NCBI GenBank assembly: GCA_023439045.1
Contig: JAEXOY010000018.1
Coordinates: forward strand, 163,628 to 227,627
Source: Bacillota bacterium
GTDB taxonomy: Bacteria; Bacillota; Clostridia; Acetivibrionales; DSM-1351
Direction: 5' to 3'
Length of the DNA: 64,000 bases
Shown here: positions 33,457 to 44,099 of the stretch, one piece after another
Layout: each line of letters opens with the position of its first letter
How positions within the stretch are numbered: position 1 is the first letter of the stretch
The notes under the pieces: generated by a model
Database searches by the model: none
What the model was told of the DNA's origin: nothing
Seen by the model: the letters and a program-made list of their open reading frames with translations, nothing else
Made by a program: the position numbers and the translations under genes

Positions 33457-35976
33457 TTAGTCAATCGGTTGAAGTAAGTTGCTCAAATCATCTTCAGGAG
33501 TTTGGTTATTATTAGGTGTTGTACCCCCTATAACACCTGGGGGAGAAGTATTGCCTGTACCTGGGTTGGCTGTACCTGGATTGGCTGTATTGGGGCCGTG
33601 TATAGTACAGTATTCTTCTTGAGGCAATTCATAGATCCAATCCTTAATAACCTTGTATAGAGATATATCTGCAGGATCCTTAGGAAGGAATGGTTCTACT
33701 CTCTTTATAAATACCCTATCCACGACAAGGTTTGCAGGGCAGTATTCATTTGCAAGTAGCGGTCTACCAAATATATCCTTGCTTGTAGGGTCAACCTTAG
33801 CAGAAACGTGAATATCACAAATATCACTAGCACTTGGTTCGGTACCTTTTGCAAAGTATTCTGTTCTTACTGCATTTCCTCTAGGGTCACCGCTACAATA
33901 AGGACCAGGTGCCTTACCAGAATAAATACAAACGCTGCGTTTGATAATACCATCTGACGGTGCAGCGAAATCCTTATACTCAAGCTTTGCATGGACTTTG
34001 TTCATGACATTTTTCCACAGCGTAAGTGCCTGGTTTCTTTCTGCAGAAGGTATAGTCTTTGGAGTATTGTACCCATACCAGGTAGCTGCAACATAATATG
34101 GAGAGTAGCCAACAAACCACTTATCGTGGAAGTCACTAGAAGTACCAGTCTTACCGGCAGTAGGAATAACTTTTCCTTTTTCATTTTTAACTATACCATA
34201 AGGGTAAGCAGTACCATTTGTCACAACATCCCGCATCATGCTAGTCATGAGGTAGGCTGTTGTTTCTTTGTAAACGATATTCTTTTGCTGGTCCTGTGTC
34301 CTGTCAATTAGTACATTTCCTTTGCTGTCAGTAACCTTAGTATAAGCTATTGGTTCTAAATATACTCCGTTGTTAACAAAGGGGATATATGAGCCTGCCA
34401 TTACAAGTGGGTTAACACCTTGGTTAAGACCACCAAGAGCCATAGAAACATATTTTTCATTGCTCATATCTATTCCAACTTTGGCAAGATAATCAACAGA
34501 CTTATCTGCACCGAGATAGTCTCTAAAAACCTTAGCAGCCACAACGTTTTGTGACTTAGTAATAGCTTTCCTTATAGGAATAAGACCTTCATATACACCA
34601 CTGTCAAAGTTTGTAGGATATGGCTTATCTGGGGTCTTATTATTCATATATACGGGAACATCGTCCACCGCTGTTCCTGCAGTAATAAGCCCTAAATCGA
34701 TAGCAGGAGCGTATGCTGCAATAGGCTTAAAGCTAGAACCAGGTTGCCTCTTGGTTGAGGTTGCTCTGTTCAGTGTAAAGCTTGCGTTCTTTTCTCCATA
34801 ACCACCATATATACCTCTGACTTGGCCAGTAGTGGGATCAAGGATAAGCATCGCTGCTTGTGCCTGCATATCAGGATTACTAATCTTCTTATTTGCAGGG
34901 AAGTTTTCTATGTTTGTGAACTCGGTGGTCATGATATTCTGTATGTCGGTATCCTGGGTGGTATATATCTTTAAACCACCGTTATAGATAGCGTCTGAAG
35001 CAAAATTACTTGACCAGTTATACTTTGCCATAAGGTCCTTCTTAACCTGTTCAAGCACATAATCAACAAAATAACTTTGAACATATTTAGTTGTAGTAGT
35101 GGTGTCCTCAGGAGCAGTGTAGAACTTAAGCTCCTCTGCCATTGCCTGGTCATATTCGTTTTGAGTAATTTTCCCATAACGCAGCATTTCTCCAAGAATG
35201 GTTTCCTGCCTTTTTTTGTTTCTTTCCTTGTTCTTTTCACTCAACAAAGGGTCATACGCACCAGGGCTTTTAGTGATACCAGCAATACTCGCACATTCGG
35301 CAAGTGACAAATCCTTGACGTCCTTGTTAAAGTATCGCTTAGCAGCAGCTTGAACTCCATAGGTACCAGCACCTGTTGTTATACGATTCATGTAATTATC
35401 TAGAATCTGATCCTTAGAGAGATTCTTTTCAAGGGCTAATGCCTGCCACGCTTCTTGTACTTTTCTCTTTATAGTGGATTCTTCATTACCAGTTATGTTT
35501 TTTACTAACTGCTGAGTAATAGTACTTCCACCATATTCTGCGTTTCCAAATCTTACGATATAACTTAGTGCAGCGCCCAAAAATCTCTTCCAATCAACGC
35601 CTTTATGTGAATAGAAACGATTATCTTCTATAGAAATAAAAGCGTCTCTCATATAGTCAGGTATTTCATCATGTTCGGCAATTACTCTGTTTTCACCGCC
35701 TTTGAGCTGTGTAATCTCAACCCCGTCCATATCATATATAAAGGAAGTTTGTTTTGTTAATTGAAGTTGATCTGGTGTAATTGTAGGTGCATTTTTAACA
35801 TATCCCAATACTGCACCACCAAGAATACCACCAAAGGCACAACCTAATGCTATAAATAAAACTAATACGGTTTTTAAAACTGCAAATATGAACTGGGCTT
35901 GCGGAGAAGAAGCTTTTTTGCCTTTTTTCTTCTTGCCCTGCTGACCATTACCTGCAGCATTTTCATTAGGTTCCAT
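33457..35976 (-). CDS. class A penicillin-binding protein (PBP1A family)
   Basis: Transglycosylase EDNRFYSH, GGSTITQQL, RKVQE; transpeptidase SSFK, SQN, KTG; N-terminal TM; Cys-containing and Pro/Gly/Asn-rich C-terminus. Confidence 0.95.
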   Translation of the reverse strand: MEPNENAAGNGQQGKKKKGKKASSPQAQFIFAVLKTVLVLFIALGCAFGGILGGAVLGYVKNAPTITPDQLQLTKQTSFIYDMDGVEITQLKGGENRVIAEHDEIPDYMRDAFISIEDNRFYSHKGVDWKRFLGAALSYIVRFGNAEYGGSTITQQLVKNITGNEESTIKRKVQEAWQALALEKNLSKDQILDNYMNRITTGAGTYGVQAAAKRYFNKDVKDLSLAECASIAGITKSPGAYDPLLSEKNKERNKKRQETILGEMLRYGKITQNEYDQAMAEELKFYTAPEDTTTTTKYVQSYFVDYVLEQVKKDLMAKYNWSSNFASDAIYNGGLKIYTTQDTDIQNIMTTEFTNIENFPANKKISNPDMQAQAAMLILDPTTGQVRGIYGGYGEKNASFTLNRATSTKRQPGSSFKPIAAYAPAIDLGLITAGTAVDDVPVYMNNKTPDKPYPTNFDSGVYEGLIPIRKAITKSQNVVAAKVFRDYLGADKSVDYLAKVGIDMSNEKYVSMALGGLNQGVNPLVMAGSYIPFVNNGVYLEPIAYTKVTDSKGNVLIDRTQDQQKNIVYKETTAYLMTSMMRDVVTNGTAYPYGIVKNEKGKVIPTAGKTGTSSDFHDKWFVGYSPYYVAATWYGYNTPKTIPSAERNQALTLWKNVMNKVHAKLEYKDFAAPSDGIIKRSVCIYSGKAPGPYCSGDPRGNAVRTEYFAKGTEPSASDICDIHVSAKVDPTSKDIFGRPLLANEYCPANLVVDRVFIKRVEPFLPKDPADISLYKVIKDWIYELPQEEYCTIHGPNTANPGTANPGTGNTSPPGVIGGTTPNNNQTPEDDLSNLLQPID

Positions 35977-36093
35977 AGTTTCCTCCTCTTTTTGAAAATT
36001 ACAACAAATTATCTCTGTAAAAAAATTACAGGGACATTTTATCTAAAATATTATATCACAATTAATTAATAAAATCATATTAAATAAATGCTA

Positions 36094-36516
36094 CTAATCT
36101 TGTATATCTATTGCAGAACTTTTCTTATATTCATTTTTCTTTGATTTAATAGTGTTTGAGTCGCTCTGAAGTTCTGTCATCTTGCAGCTTCCTTCAAATG
36201 TACTGCCCTCCTCGGATACGAAGGATTTAACCTGTACGTCACCTTTTAGGTTACAGCTTGCTAATAGCTTTAGTACCCCTGATGTAAACACATTGCCCTT
36301 TACGGAGCCCGCAATGTTCACATTTGAAGCAGTAATATCTCCAACAATTGTACTACTTTCACCAATAATAATATTGCCCTCTATTTTTATATTTCCATTT
36401 ACCTGACCATCAACCCTAATGGTTCCCGTTGAATGAAGGTCGCCATTAACAACAGTATTTGAGCCAATCAGTGTATCAAAGCCTTCCTTTGTATTGTTGT
36501 TCTGCTTATTAAACAT
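36094..36516 (-). CDS. bactofilin (polymer-forming cytoskeletal protein, CcmA family)
   Basis: DTLIGSNTVVNGDL...IRVDGQVNGNI...IAGSVKGNV...EEGSTFEGSCKM beta-helix pattern. Confidence 0.92.
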   Translation of the reverse strand: MFNKQNNNTKEGFDTLIGSNTVVNGDLHSTGTIRVDGQVNGNIKIEGNIIIGESSTIVGDITASNVNIAGSVKGNVFTSGVLKLLASCNLKGDVQVKSFVSEEGSTFEGSCKMTELQSDSNTIKSKKNEYKKSSAIDIQD

Positions 36517-36534
36517 ATTTTAAATCCCCCTATT

Positions 36535-37476
36535 TTATTTTAATGAGCTAAAGTCCATATATTCAGTTGGATCTACAGCTGTATTGTTTACTTTTAATTC
36601 AAAATGTAGATGCGGTCCGGTGCTTCTACCAGTACTTCCTACCTTTGCTATAACCTGTCCCTTCTTTACTTTTTCACCCTTCTCAGCAAGCAGTTTTGAT
36701 GCATGGCCATATAACGTTTTAAACCCATTTTGGTGGTCTATAATTATTGCATAACCATAGCCACTCATAGAACCTGAAAATGTCACTATTCCTGATGCAG
36801 CAGCTAAAATTGGGTCTCCTGTATCGGCTGCTATATCAACTCCATAGTGCTTAGTATATTTTTTTGTAGTAGGATGAACTCTCATACCATAATTTGAAGA
36901 AATTTCTCCTCTAGTAGGCAAAAGGGTAGGCAGTGAGTCTACATACTGTTCGAGAGCCGTATTGCTCTTATCTAGTTTAGCAGCAACTTCCTCATCCAAC
37001 GTATAAGAATTATTAATCTCCTCAATTAGCGTATTAAGCTTCATAATATCACTAGCAGCTGTTGTTTGAATGTTTGAAGAACTGCCTCTGCTGATATTTG
37101 ACGCATATTTATCGGTAATTTGTGAATAAGACTTTACAAAATTAGAGAAGTTTTGTCTTGTTTGGTGTTCAGAATCTTTTGCTGCTTCTATCGCTTGCTG
37201 GCTATCTTGAAGCAGCTTACTTTGCTGCTCTATTGTTTTAGTCATGACATCTAAATCATTTACTAGGCTTAAGTACTCATTATTTTTGTTAGAAATAAAC
37301 TGTGTTATGCTAAATAATGCAGTTGATAAAATAAGTACAACTAATAAACCTAATGCTATAAGTATTTTGTTGTTTGGAATTTTTATGTCAATACTTTTAA
37401 CTGATTTGTTATTCTGCGGAATGATTAAGATTGAATATTTTCGTTTCGCTTTCAATAATTTCATAACTACCACCAT
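36535..37476 (-). CDS. M23-family peptidoglycan endopeptidase with TM and coiled coil
   Basis: HYGVD (HxxxD), TLYGH, STGRSTGPHLHFE (HxH); N-terminal YSILIIP segment plus TM. Confidence 0.93.
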   Translation of the reverse strand: MVVVMKLLKAKRKYSILIIPQNNKSVKSIDIKIPNNKILIALGLLVVLILSTALFSITQFISNKNNEYLSLVNDLDVMTKTIEQQSKLLQDSQQAIEAAKDSEHQTRQNFSNFVKSYSQITDKYASNISRGSSSNIQTTAASDIMKLNTLIEEINNSYTLDEEVAAKLDKSNTALEQYVDSLPTLLPTRGEISSNYGMRVHPTTKKYTKHYGVDIAADTGDPILAAASGIVTFSGSMSGYGYAIIIDHQNGFKTLYGHASKLLAEKGEKVKKGQVIAKVGSTGRSTGPHLHFELKVNNTAVDPTEYMDFSSLK

Positions 37477-37802
37477 TCTAAAGATTATTAAAATAAAACA
37501 CTATTCAAAGTAACACTATATCATATTATGGGGAATATGTTAATTAAATATCTTCTGTAATTATTGATTATATCCATAAAAATAATATCAATATTATTGA
37601 GTATTTCCATAATATGAATAATAATTACAAAACATAAAGTACAGTAAGTAATACTTAACAAAATGTGTCAAATATTAAAATAATAATAGAGTATTTTATA
37701 AAAATAGTATAAAATGTATATGATGATAGGATAGAAGTTGCCATAATCAAGTTTTTTATTATACTAAAATTTTTGACTTATATAAATCATGAGGTGCAAA
37801 TA

Positions 37803-40172
37803 ATGACGAAACTTAGAAATACTGTGATTTTTGCTTTTGTTATAATAATTGCCATATCCCTTATTTCATCAGCAGTATCCTTCTTTGGATACAAGCAGGT
37901 AATTTCGTCTGTTCAGAATATTCAAGTAAACAAATCAAATCAAGACAGCATTCAAGATATTAAGTTACTATCGGAGAAAAGACATCAGCTTCTTTCTGAT
38001 GCTATTATTTCAATGAGTGTGGAATACAACTCTGATATACAGTCCATTACCGAAAAAATTGATAAAGACGCAAAGGAGCTTACCAAGCTCGATATAAATG
38101 AATCTGATAAGAAAATTCTAAACGAACTAATAGAGCAGAACTCAAAATACAAAGATTTATATGTCAATGGCATTATCCCCAATCTAGAGGCATTAGACGG
38201 CAAAAGTGAGAAGGACTTTGCAAGACAGCTAAATGAGAATTATTTAGCTATGCAATCAGATATTATAAAAATGAAGGATACAACGGTAAAAGATATCAAT
38301 GATAGGCTCAAAAAAGCGCAGCTGGATATTGCATCATACAACCAAAGCATACCCGCAATACAGTCAGATGCACAATCCATACATACGACCGCAACCGATA
38401 TAGAGCTCATACTTATAAACTTTGAAAAGCAGTTTTCTGCTATTATTAATACTTCAAACATGGAAAACACACAAAATCTTGATGAACAAAACAATGAGGT
38501 GAGGATAAACAAGGCTGACCTTGATACAGCAATTGCAAGTATTTCAGGCAAGCTAAAGAACCAGATAACTACGGCAGGTGGGATTATTACAAAAACACAG
38601 TCATTACAAGGGTTTGACAGAGTAAACAATGCAAATAAAATTGTGTCAAATCTAACTTTGCTTAATGAGCTTTTTAATATTTCGCAACTGCTTAGCAACA
38701 AATATGCACTTGTTATGTCAGCTGTTACTTTGGAGGAGGATTCCAATACTCAATACCAGAAGCTGAACAGTGAATTTGATACAGCTGTAGCTAAATTACA
38801 AGAATTGAAGGCTGAAGAAATTGATAAGCTGATTACCACTAATGGAGAGTTTAATAAAGGTGCGAGTGAGCTATTAAATATAGCTTCTATAAAAAAGCAG
38901 GCAGATTTTGAAAATGGGTTTAGCAATCTAGTTACATTTGAAAAGTCAATAGCAGAGCTTGAGAATAAGCTCAGGCTTTCCTTTAATACGTATCTTGCAG
39001 ATGATTTCAATACTTCGGAGAAGCTAAAGAATACAATTTTATGGATATTTATAGCGGTAACGCTGTTTTGCTTAGCACTAGGTATGCTACTTGCATTCTT
39101 TGTATCAAGGAAAATATCAAACCCTATAAAGGCAATTTCCAATATGTTGTCGAGGGTGCAAAAGGGTGACCTTACAGCAAGAGTTGAGATGCCTTCAAGA
39201 GATGAATTAGGCGAACTTGGGCAACAAATGAATAGCGTACTTGAAGGACAGCAAAAGATGGTGGAGCACTTTAGGGACACTACCAACGAGATTAGTACTC
39301 TCAAACAAAGATTAATAGTCTTGGTTAATCAGAATAGAGAAAGTGTCAATAAAATATCGGGTACCATCAAAAATAATCAGAAAAAAGGCTTAGAGAAGAA
39401 TATTCAGAGCTTGGATACTCAGGGAATAATACAGGACGTTAAGGTGGTATCGGAAGAGACCAAGAAGCTTGTAGGAGATGGAATAAAGGTAATTGAGGTT
39501 GCTAAGTCTAGAGAAAAGTCCATAGAAGAGGCTGAGCAGGTAATAAAGGTAGTCACAGAAACTGTCAAATCTATAGCTGAATCAATTATGCACTTAGAAG
39601 GCTCGTCCGATAAAATTGGTGAGATTACCAATACTATTACTCAGATTGCGTCACAGACCAACCTTCTAGCCCTCAATGCAGCAATTGAGGCGAATAGGGC
39701 AGGGAAGGAAGGAAAGGGCTTCGCAGTGGTGGCGGACGAAATCCGAAAGCTATCAAATGCGAGCAATAAGTCAGCAAGTGACATAAAGGAACAGATTAGA
39801 GCTATACAAAAAAGTATTAATATAGCTGCTGAGAAGATGAATAGTGGGATGGCAAATGTTGAAAGCGGAGCTACAAGAATTAGCGAAGTGAGAGAGGGTA
39901 TTTCAGATATTATCACCTCTGTGAATGGAGTTGTAGAGGCAATCAAGGTATCAGCTGATAAGGCAAATAGTCACTATGAATCAACAAAGCAGTTTGTTGA
40001 TGTGGTTGAAGGCTTATACCAGTCTGTTGATGAATCTGCTGCTTCAAGCGGAACCTTGTATGAAAGCATACAAATGCAGGCAAGTACGCTAAAAGACCTT
40101 GACCAAATTTCACAACTTTTAAATGAGGCTTCTTTGGAATTAAAGAATATTGCGGATGGAGTAAAAATTTAA
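37803..40172 (+). CDS. methyl-accepting chemotaxis protein with long helical extracellular sensor
   Basis: Two TMs, HAMP (ISNPI...RDELGEL), [36 protein letters not shown]. Confidence 0.92.
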   Translation: MTKLRNTVIFAFVIIIAISLISSAVSFFGYKQVISSVQNIQVNKSNQDSIQDIKLLSEKRHQLLSDAIISMSVEYNSDIQSITEKIDKDAKELTKLDINESDKKILNELIEQNSKYKDLYVNGIIPNLEALDGKSEKDFARQLNENYLAMQSDIIKMKDTTVKDINDRLKKAQLDIASYNQSIPAIQSDAQSIHTTATDIELILINFEKQFSAIINTSNMENTQNLDEQNNEVRINKADLDTAIASISGKLKNQITTAGGIITKTQSLQGFDRVNNANKIVSNLTLLNELFNISQLLSNKYALVMSAVTLEEDSNTQYQKLNSEFDTAVAKLQELKAEEIDKLITTNGEFNKGASELLNIASIKKQADFENGFSNLVTFEKSIAELENKLRLSFNTYLADDFNTSEKLKNTILWIFIAVTLFCLALGMLLAFFVSRKISNPIKAISNMLSRVQKGDLTARVEMPSRDELGELGQQMNSVLEGQQKMVEHFRDTTNEISTLKQRLIVLVNQNRESVNKISGTIKNNQKKGLEKNIQSLDTQGIIQDVKVVSEETKKLVGDGIKVIEVAKSREKSIEEAEQVIKVVTETVKSIAESIMHLEGSSDKIGEITNTITQIASQTNLLALNAAIEANRAGKEGKGFAVVADEIRKLSNASNKSASDIKEQIRAIQKSINIAAEKMNSGMANVESGATRISEVREGISDIITSVNGVVEAIKVSADKANSHYESTKQFVDVVEGLYQSVDESAASSGTLYESIQMQASTLKDLDQISQLLNEASLELKNIADGVKI

Positions 40173-40422
40173 AAAATATTTTTTGGTAAATAAAGGTATA
40201 AACAGGGGTGGATGTGGAATAATATAATTAACGGCATACTGATTCAAAATTATAAAATCATTATTTTTGTCCCTTTTAGTAGGGACATTTTTTTTGCTGA
40301 TTTATGGAATTAATATTTTATGCCATTTAGCGGTCAAGAAACCCTCAAATTCACTAGAAATTTGTGGGTATATTATAAGTGTATGTGCTAACCGTTAATA
40401 TGACGAAAACTTGAAGCCTGTA

Positions 40423-42618
40423 CTAACCCCTTATAAGCTTAAGGATTTTGGTCTCCATGTTTATTAAGGCTTCTTTTTCTGATATTTCACCCGATAATAC
40501 GCGGGCAATTTCCTTTGGAATAATACTTGTATAAATGTTGTTTTTCAATCTGCTTTGGTGTGATATCTCAGGAGTAAATCGTTTTCTGCTTTGCTTATAG
40601 CTTTTTAGTACTATAGCTTTCCACGGTTCTAGGTTCTGTAAATCTGTACGCGTATAAAATTCCTTCCTTAGTGTAGACCCTCCCAATAACGGAAGAGGAA
40701 TGGTATTTTGGTTTCCGCATGCCCACATCAAAAAAGCTTCGGTTTCTTTTAAATTTTTTCCATACTTATTGATGCCAAGACTCCACCCACCCAGAACAGG
40801 AGTACCTCCGGGAATCAACGCATAACCGATATTTCCAGCAATTTTTGAACTAGTATAATTGTTTATGTCCCCTGCATCAGAATCGTATAATACTGTCATT
40901 GCATACTCACCTGTCTTAAATTCTGATACCATATCATTCCATGAGTTTGATTTTTTTGCTGAAGTATATTTATAGCTATTTATATGATTCTTTAACGCAA
41001 CCTCTGAATTACTATTATTTATAATTACATTACCACTGTCATCAAATATATCACTGCCATATGACCACAAATGATTTAAAAAACTGATTGCTGTAAAAAC
41101 ATTTTCGCCACTGACCAAAGCGGCACCGTAGTTAACTGGAGAGGAGGCATTTATACTTTTTGTAAAGAACTCAGCTATCAAGTTAAACTGCGCCCATGTG
41201 GATGGAGGCGTTAATTCTTGCCCTGTTGATCTTTTGAATCTTCTTTTTATGGTAGGTTCCTCAAATAAATCCTTTTGGTAAAGCATTATTTGAGCACCTG
41301 ATGTGAATGGGAAAGCGTAAAGAGAGTGTGCGTACATTGCATACCCTTCTAATATTCCATCTATAAATCCAGCGAAAAACTCCTTGTTGGACTGCCTTAG
41401 ATTATCCAAGTTTAGAATATATCCACTCTCTACAATACCTTCTAGCCATGTAATATCCATCATGAAACCATCATAATAATCTGATTTATTCTGAGCTTCT
41501 TTATAAAGAAGTTCTTCTAATTCAGAATATGAGAGAAGGTCAAAGATTATTTTATTTCCGCTTTCGTTTTCATACACTTTAGAAATCATTATTAGGCTGC
41601 GTGATGATTGCGAATCAAACATAGCAAAGCGTAAACAGGCATTAGTTTTATCTATCCCATATTTCATAGACGCTATGTTATCACACTCAGCTGATACAAC
41701 AGTTGTAATAGGTTCATGAATAGAAGGGTTTACAATTGCTTCAAGCAATTGCTGGACAGCTTTTTTGGCTATCTTTCTTTGAGAAACAGAAATCTGTTCT
41801 TCAAAATCATTTACATCTTCAATCCAGCTGCTTTCTTTGATTACTATAATAGAGATATCTTTAAGTGCAAGCGTATCTATTGCCTTTTTTATACCTTGAG
41901 CTATCAGATAATTACCCGCAACAACTGCATTAATATTGGGGTTGTCCAAATACAGCTCAAAAAAAGCCTGAAAGCCTCTTTCTTTATTGCAATCCACAAT
42001 TTTAACATAATTATTTGCTTTATAGTACTTATTGTATATACTTAACAGTCCGCCGTCATACAATAAATCAGATTCCATTATTAGTCCAATATCGGTTAAC
42101 CCTTTGGTATAAAGCCTCTTTATAGCTTTTTCAAAGGCTTCTGAATAATCAATTATTAATCTGTCTCCTGTATAATCCTGACCACTTGACCTTGTTATAA
42201 GAATAAAGGGCTGTGAGTCACTTACACTTGAACAAGATTTTTTACAGGTTGAAGAATAGAGAATTATACCATCAACCCTTTGCTCAATACATCGGGATAT
42301 ACTTTTCTTTTCGAGCAGGTTATTATTCTGACTGAATTTAAGTAATATGCTGTATCCTTTAGAGAGCAAAAATTCTTCTGCTTCTTTTACAAATTCAGAG
42401 TACTCTGGCTGAATAATATTAGGAACAATAACTCCTATTAATGAACTCTTTGTATTTTTAAGATTTCTGGCATTGGCGTCAGGATGGTAAGCTAACTCTT
42501 CCATTGCTTTCTCAACCCTAGCGATTAATTGTTCATTATCGGTTTTACCGTTAAGCACATTAGATACTGTTCCGATTGAAACGTTTGCTAGCTTTGCGAC
42601 TTCTTTAATGGTTGCCAA
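40423..42618 (-). CDS. LacI-family regulator fused to a C-terminal family-1 sugar solute-binding domain
   Basis: HTH TIKEVAKLANVSIGTVSNVLN, LacI effector domain, then YDGFMMDITWL, LYQKDLF, PPSTWAQF, LGGWSLGIN. No signal peptide or TM. TTG start after GAGGAGG. Confidence 0.85.
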   Translation of the reverse strand: MATIKEVAKLANVSIGTVSNVLNGKTDNEQLIARVEKAMEELAYHPDANARNLKNTKSSLIGVIVPNIIQPEYSEFVKEAEEFLLSKGYSILLKFSQNNNLLEKKSISRCIEQRVDGIILYSSTCKKSCSSVSDSQPFILITRSSGQDYTGDRLIIDYSEAFEKAIKRLYTKGLTDIGLIMESDLLYDGGLLSIYNKYYKANNYVKIVDCNKERGFQAFFELYLDNPNINAVVAGNYLIAQGIKKAIDTLALKDISIIVIKESSWIEDVNDFEEQISVSQRKIAKKAVQQLLEAIVNPSIHEPITTVVSAECDNIASMKYGIDKTNACLRFAMFDSQSSRSLIMISKVYENESGNKIIFDLLSYSELEELLYKEAQNKSDYYDGFMMDITWLEGIVESGYILNLDNLRQSNKEFFAGFIDGILEGYAMYAHSLYAFPFTSGAQIMLYQKDLFEEPTIKRRFKRSTGQELTPPSTWAQFNLIAEFFTKSINASSPVNYGAALVSGENVFTAISFLNHLWSYGSDIFDDSGNVIINNSNSEVALKNHINSYKYTSAKKSNSWNDMVSEFKTGEYAMTVLYDSDAGDINNYTSSKIAGNIGYALIPGGTPVLGGWSLGINKYGKNLKETEAFLMWACGNQNTIPLPLLGGSTLRKEFYTRTDLQNLEPWKAIVLKSYKQSRKRFTPEISHQSRLKNNIYTSIIPKEIARVLSGEISEKEALINMETKILKLIRG

Positions 42619-42635
42619 GAAACCTTACCTCCTCG

Positions 42636-42734
42636 ATATAGACTGTATATTCATATGATTTTATCATATAGACAGTATATTATAGGGATTCTATCATATA
42701 GACTGTATATTGATATGGATTCTATCATATAGAT
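42636..42734 (-). repeat. 30-bp tandem repeat (3+ copies) directly upstream of the LacI-fusion RBS
   Basis: atatagac[ta]gtatatt...att[tc]tatc units at 42636, 42666, 42696, partial at 42727. Confidence 0.9.
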
Positions 42735-42759
42735 ATCTAATTCACAATGTTTTCATTCT

Positions 42760-44013
42760 TTATCCATTGTATTTTTTTATTGCAGCTACCATTGCTACTA
42801 CGTTTTCAATAGGTACACCCGGCTGAATATTGTGAATTGTATTAAATACAAAGCCACCATTTTTTCCAAACAGCTTACAACATTCCAATACCTCGTCATA
42901 AACTTGCTTTGGAGTTCCAAACGGCAGTGTTTTTTGGGTATCAACTCCGCCTCCCCAGAAGGTAATGTTATCGCCATAGGAAGCCTTAAGCAGCTTTTTA
43001 TCCATATTCTTGGCTGTCCACTGTACTGGGTTTAAAATGTCAAAGCCAGCATTAATTAGCTCAGGTACAAGCTTATATATACTGCCGCAGCAATGCTTAA
43101 AGGTTTTCCAGGTAGTATTTACATGTATCCAGTCGTTTACTCTTTTATAATAAGGTGCGTAAACCTGAGTAAACACCTCATTTGAGCAAAACGGACCATT
43201 CTGTGTACCGAAATCTGTTCCACATATGTATGCTACCTGAACTGTTTCACCCAAAGCATCATGCATTTTCTTTAAATTTTCCAACGCATAATGTAGTTGG
43301 TATTCAAATATTTCGTGCAAAATCTCAGGTCTAGATACAATAGAAACATACCACTCTGTAATATCTCTAAGCCCTTTTGGCTGTTTCAGCTGAGGCCCGG
43401 GCACTAACGCAATATCACCAAAAGCAGTACCCCCGAGATTACCCATTACAACATCTCCGGTGTTTTCAAATAATGTTCTTTGAGCCTTTAGCCAAGCAAG
43501 ATCCTCATCGGATATTGGTCCAAATTCCTCAAAATTATCCTTAACATCGTATTGGTCTTCGTCAAAATCAGGAGCACGATTGATACTGTCAAAATATACC
43601 CCGTTCTTTGGCATGCAGCCCGCAGGTGGGTATGAAGTGTCTCCGCAGGAATAAATGAAGGTATTTCCTTTGTCATCCATACTGGTAACAAAGTCTTCAG
43701 CGACCAGAACGTCCTGTCCCCATGGGGTTCTCCACTCCTTAAACTTATCCTTCTGTTTAAAACCAAACATTGTACCTGCACTCCATAGGGGAGTGGTCTG
43801 TATCCCCATTGCCTCTTTCAAATCGTCTTCAACATGAGCCAGCATTTGTACAGGCTCTAATATTTTGATAGGTTTCTTCTCCAAACCGTAGTATTCTCTC
43901 AAGCCTTCTGCAACTTTACAGTGAATACCTGTTGTTGGCATACCACCTATATCTAAAAGTATTGGTCCTTCAATATGATTGACTGCAAGCTTTAGTTTCT
44001 CTTTTCCTGTCAT
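42760..44013 (-). CDS. uroporphyrinogen decarboxylase / MtaA-CmuA superfamily protein
   Basis: CGTDFGTQ, FKHCCGS, GFDILNPVQ, FWGGGVDTQKTLPFGTP, GGFVFNTIHNIQ. Confidence 0.85.
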   Translation of the reverse strand: MTGKEKLKLAVNHIEGPILLDIGGMPTTGIHCKVAEGLREYYGLEKKPIKILEPVQMLAHVEDDLKEAMGIQTTPLWSAGTMFGFKQKDKFKEWRTPWGQDVLVAEDFVTSMDDKGNTFIYSCGDTSYPPAGCMPKNGVYFDSINRAPDFDEDQYDVKDNFEEFGPISDEDLAWLKAQRTLFENTGDVVMGNLGGTAFGDIALVPGPQLKQPKGLRDITEWYVSIVSRPEILHEIFEYQLHYALENLKKMHDALGETVQVAYICGTDFGTQNGPFCSNEVFTQVYAPYYKRVNDWIHVNTTWKTFKHCCGSIYKLVPELINAGFDILNPVQWTAKNMDKKLLKASYGDNITFWGGGVDTQKTLPFGTPKQVYDEVLECCKLFGKNGGFVFNTIHNIQPGVPIENVVAMVAAIKKYNG

Positions 44014-44099
44014 AACGGTTCTCCTTTATAGACGTGTACTTGTACGTAGTTTATCGATAATAATCTATGGCAAAGACTTCTTTAATCGCTAGCATGAAA

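Noticed and set aside
33553..33597. 15-bp in-frame repeat (TANPG) in the PBP tail
   Set aside because: Ordinary low-complexity linker.
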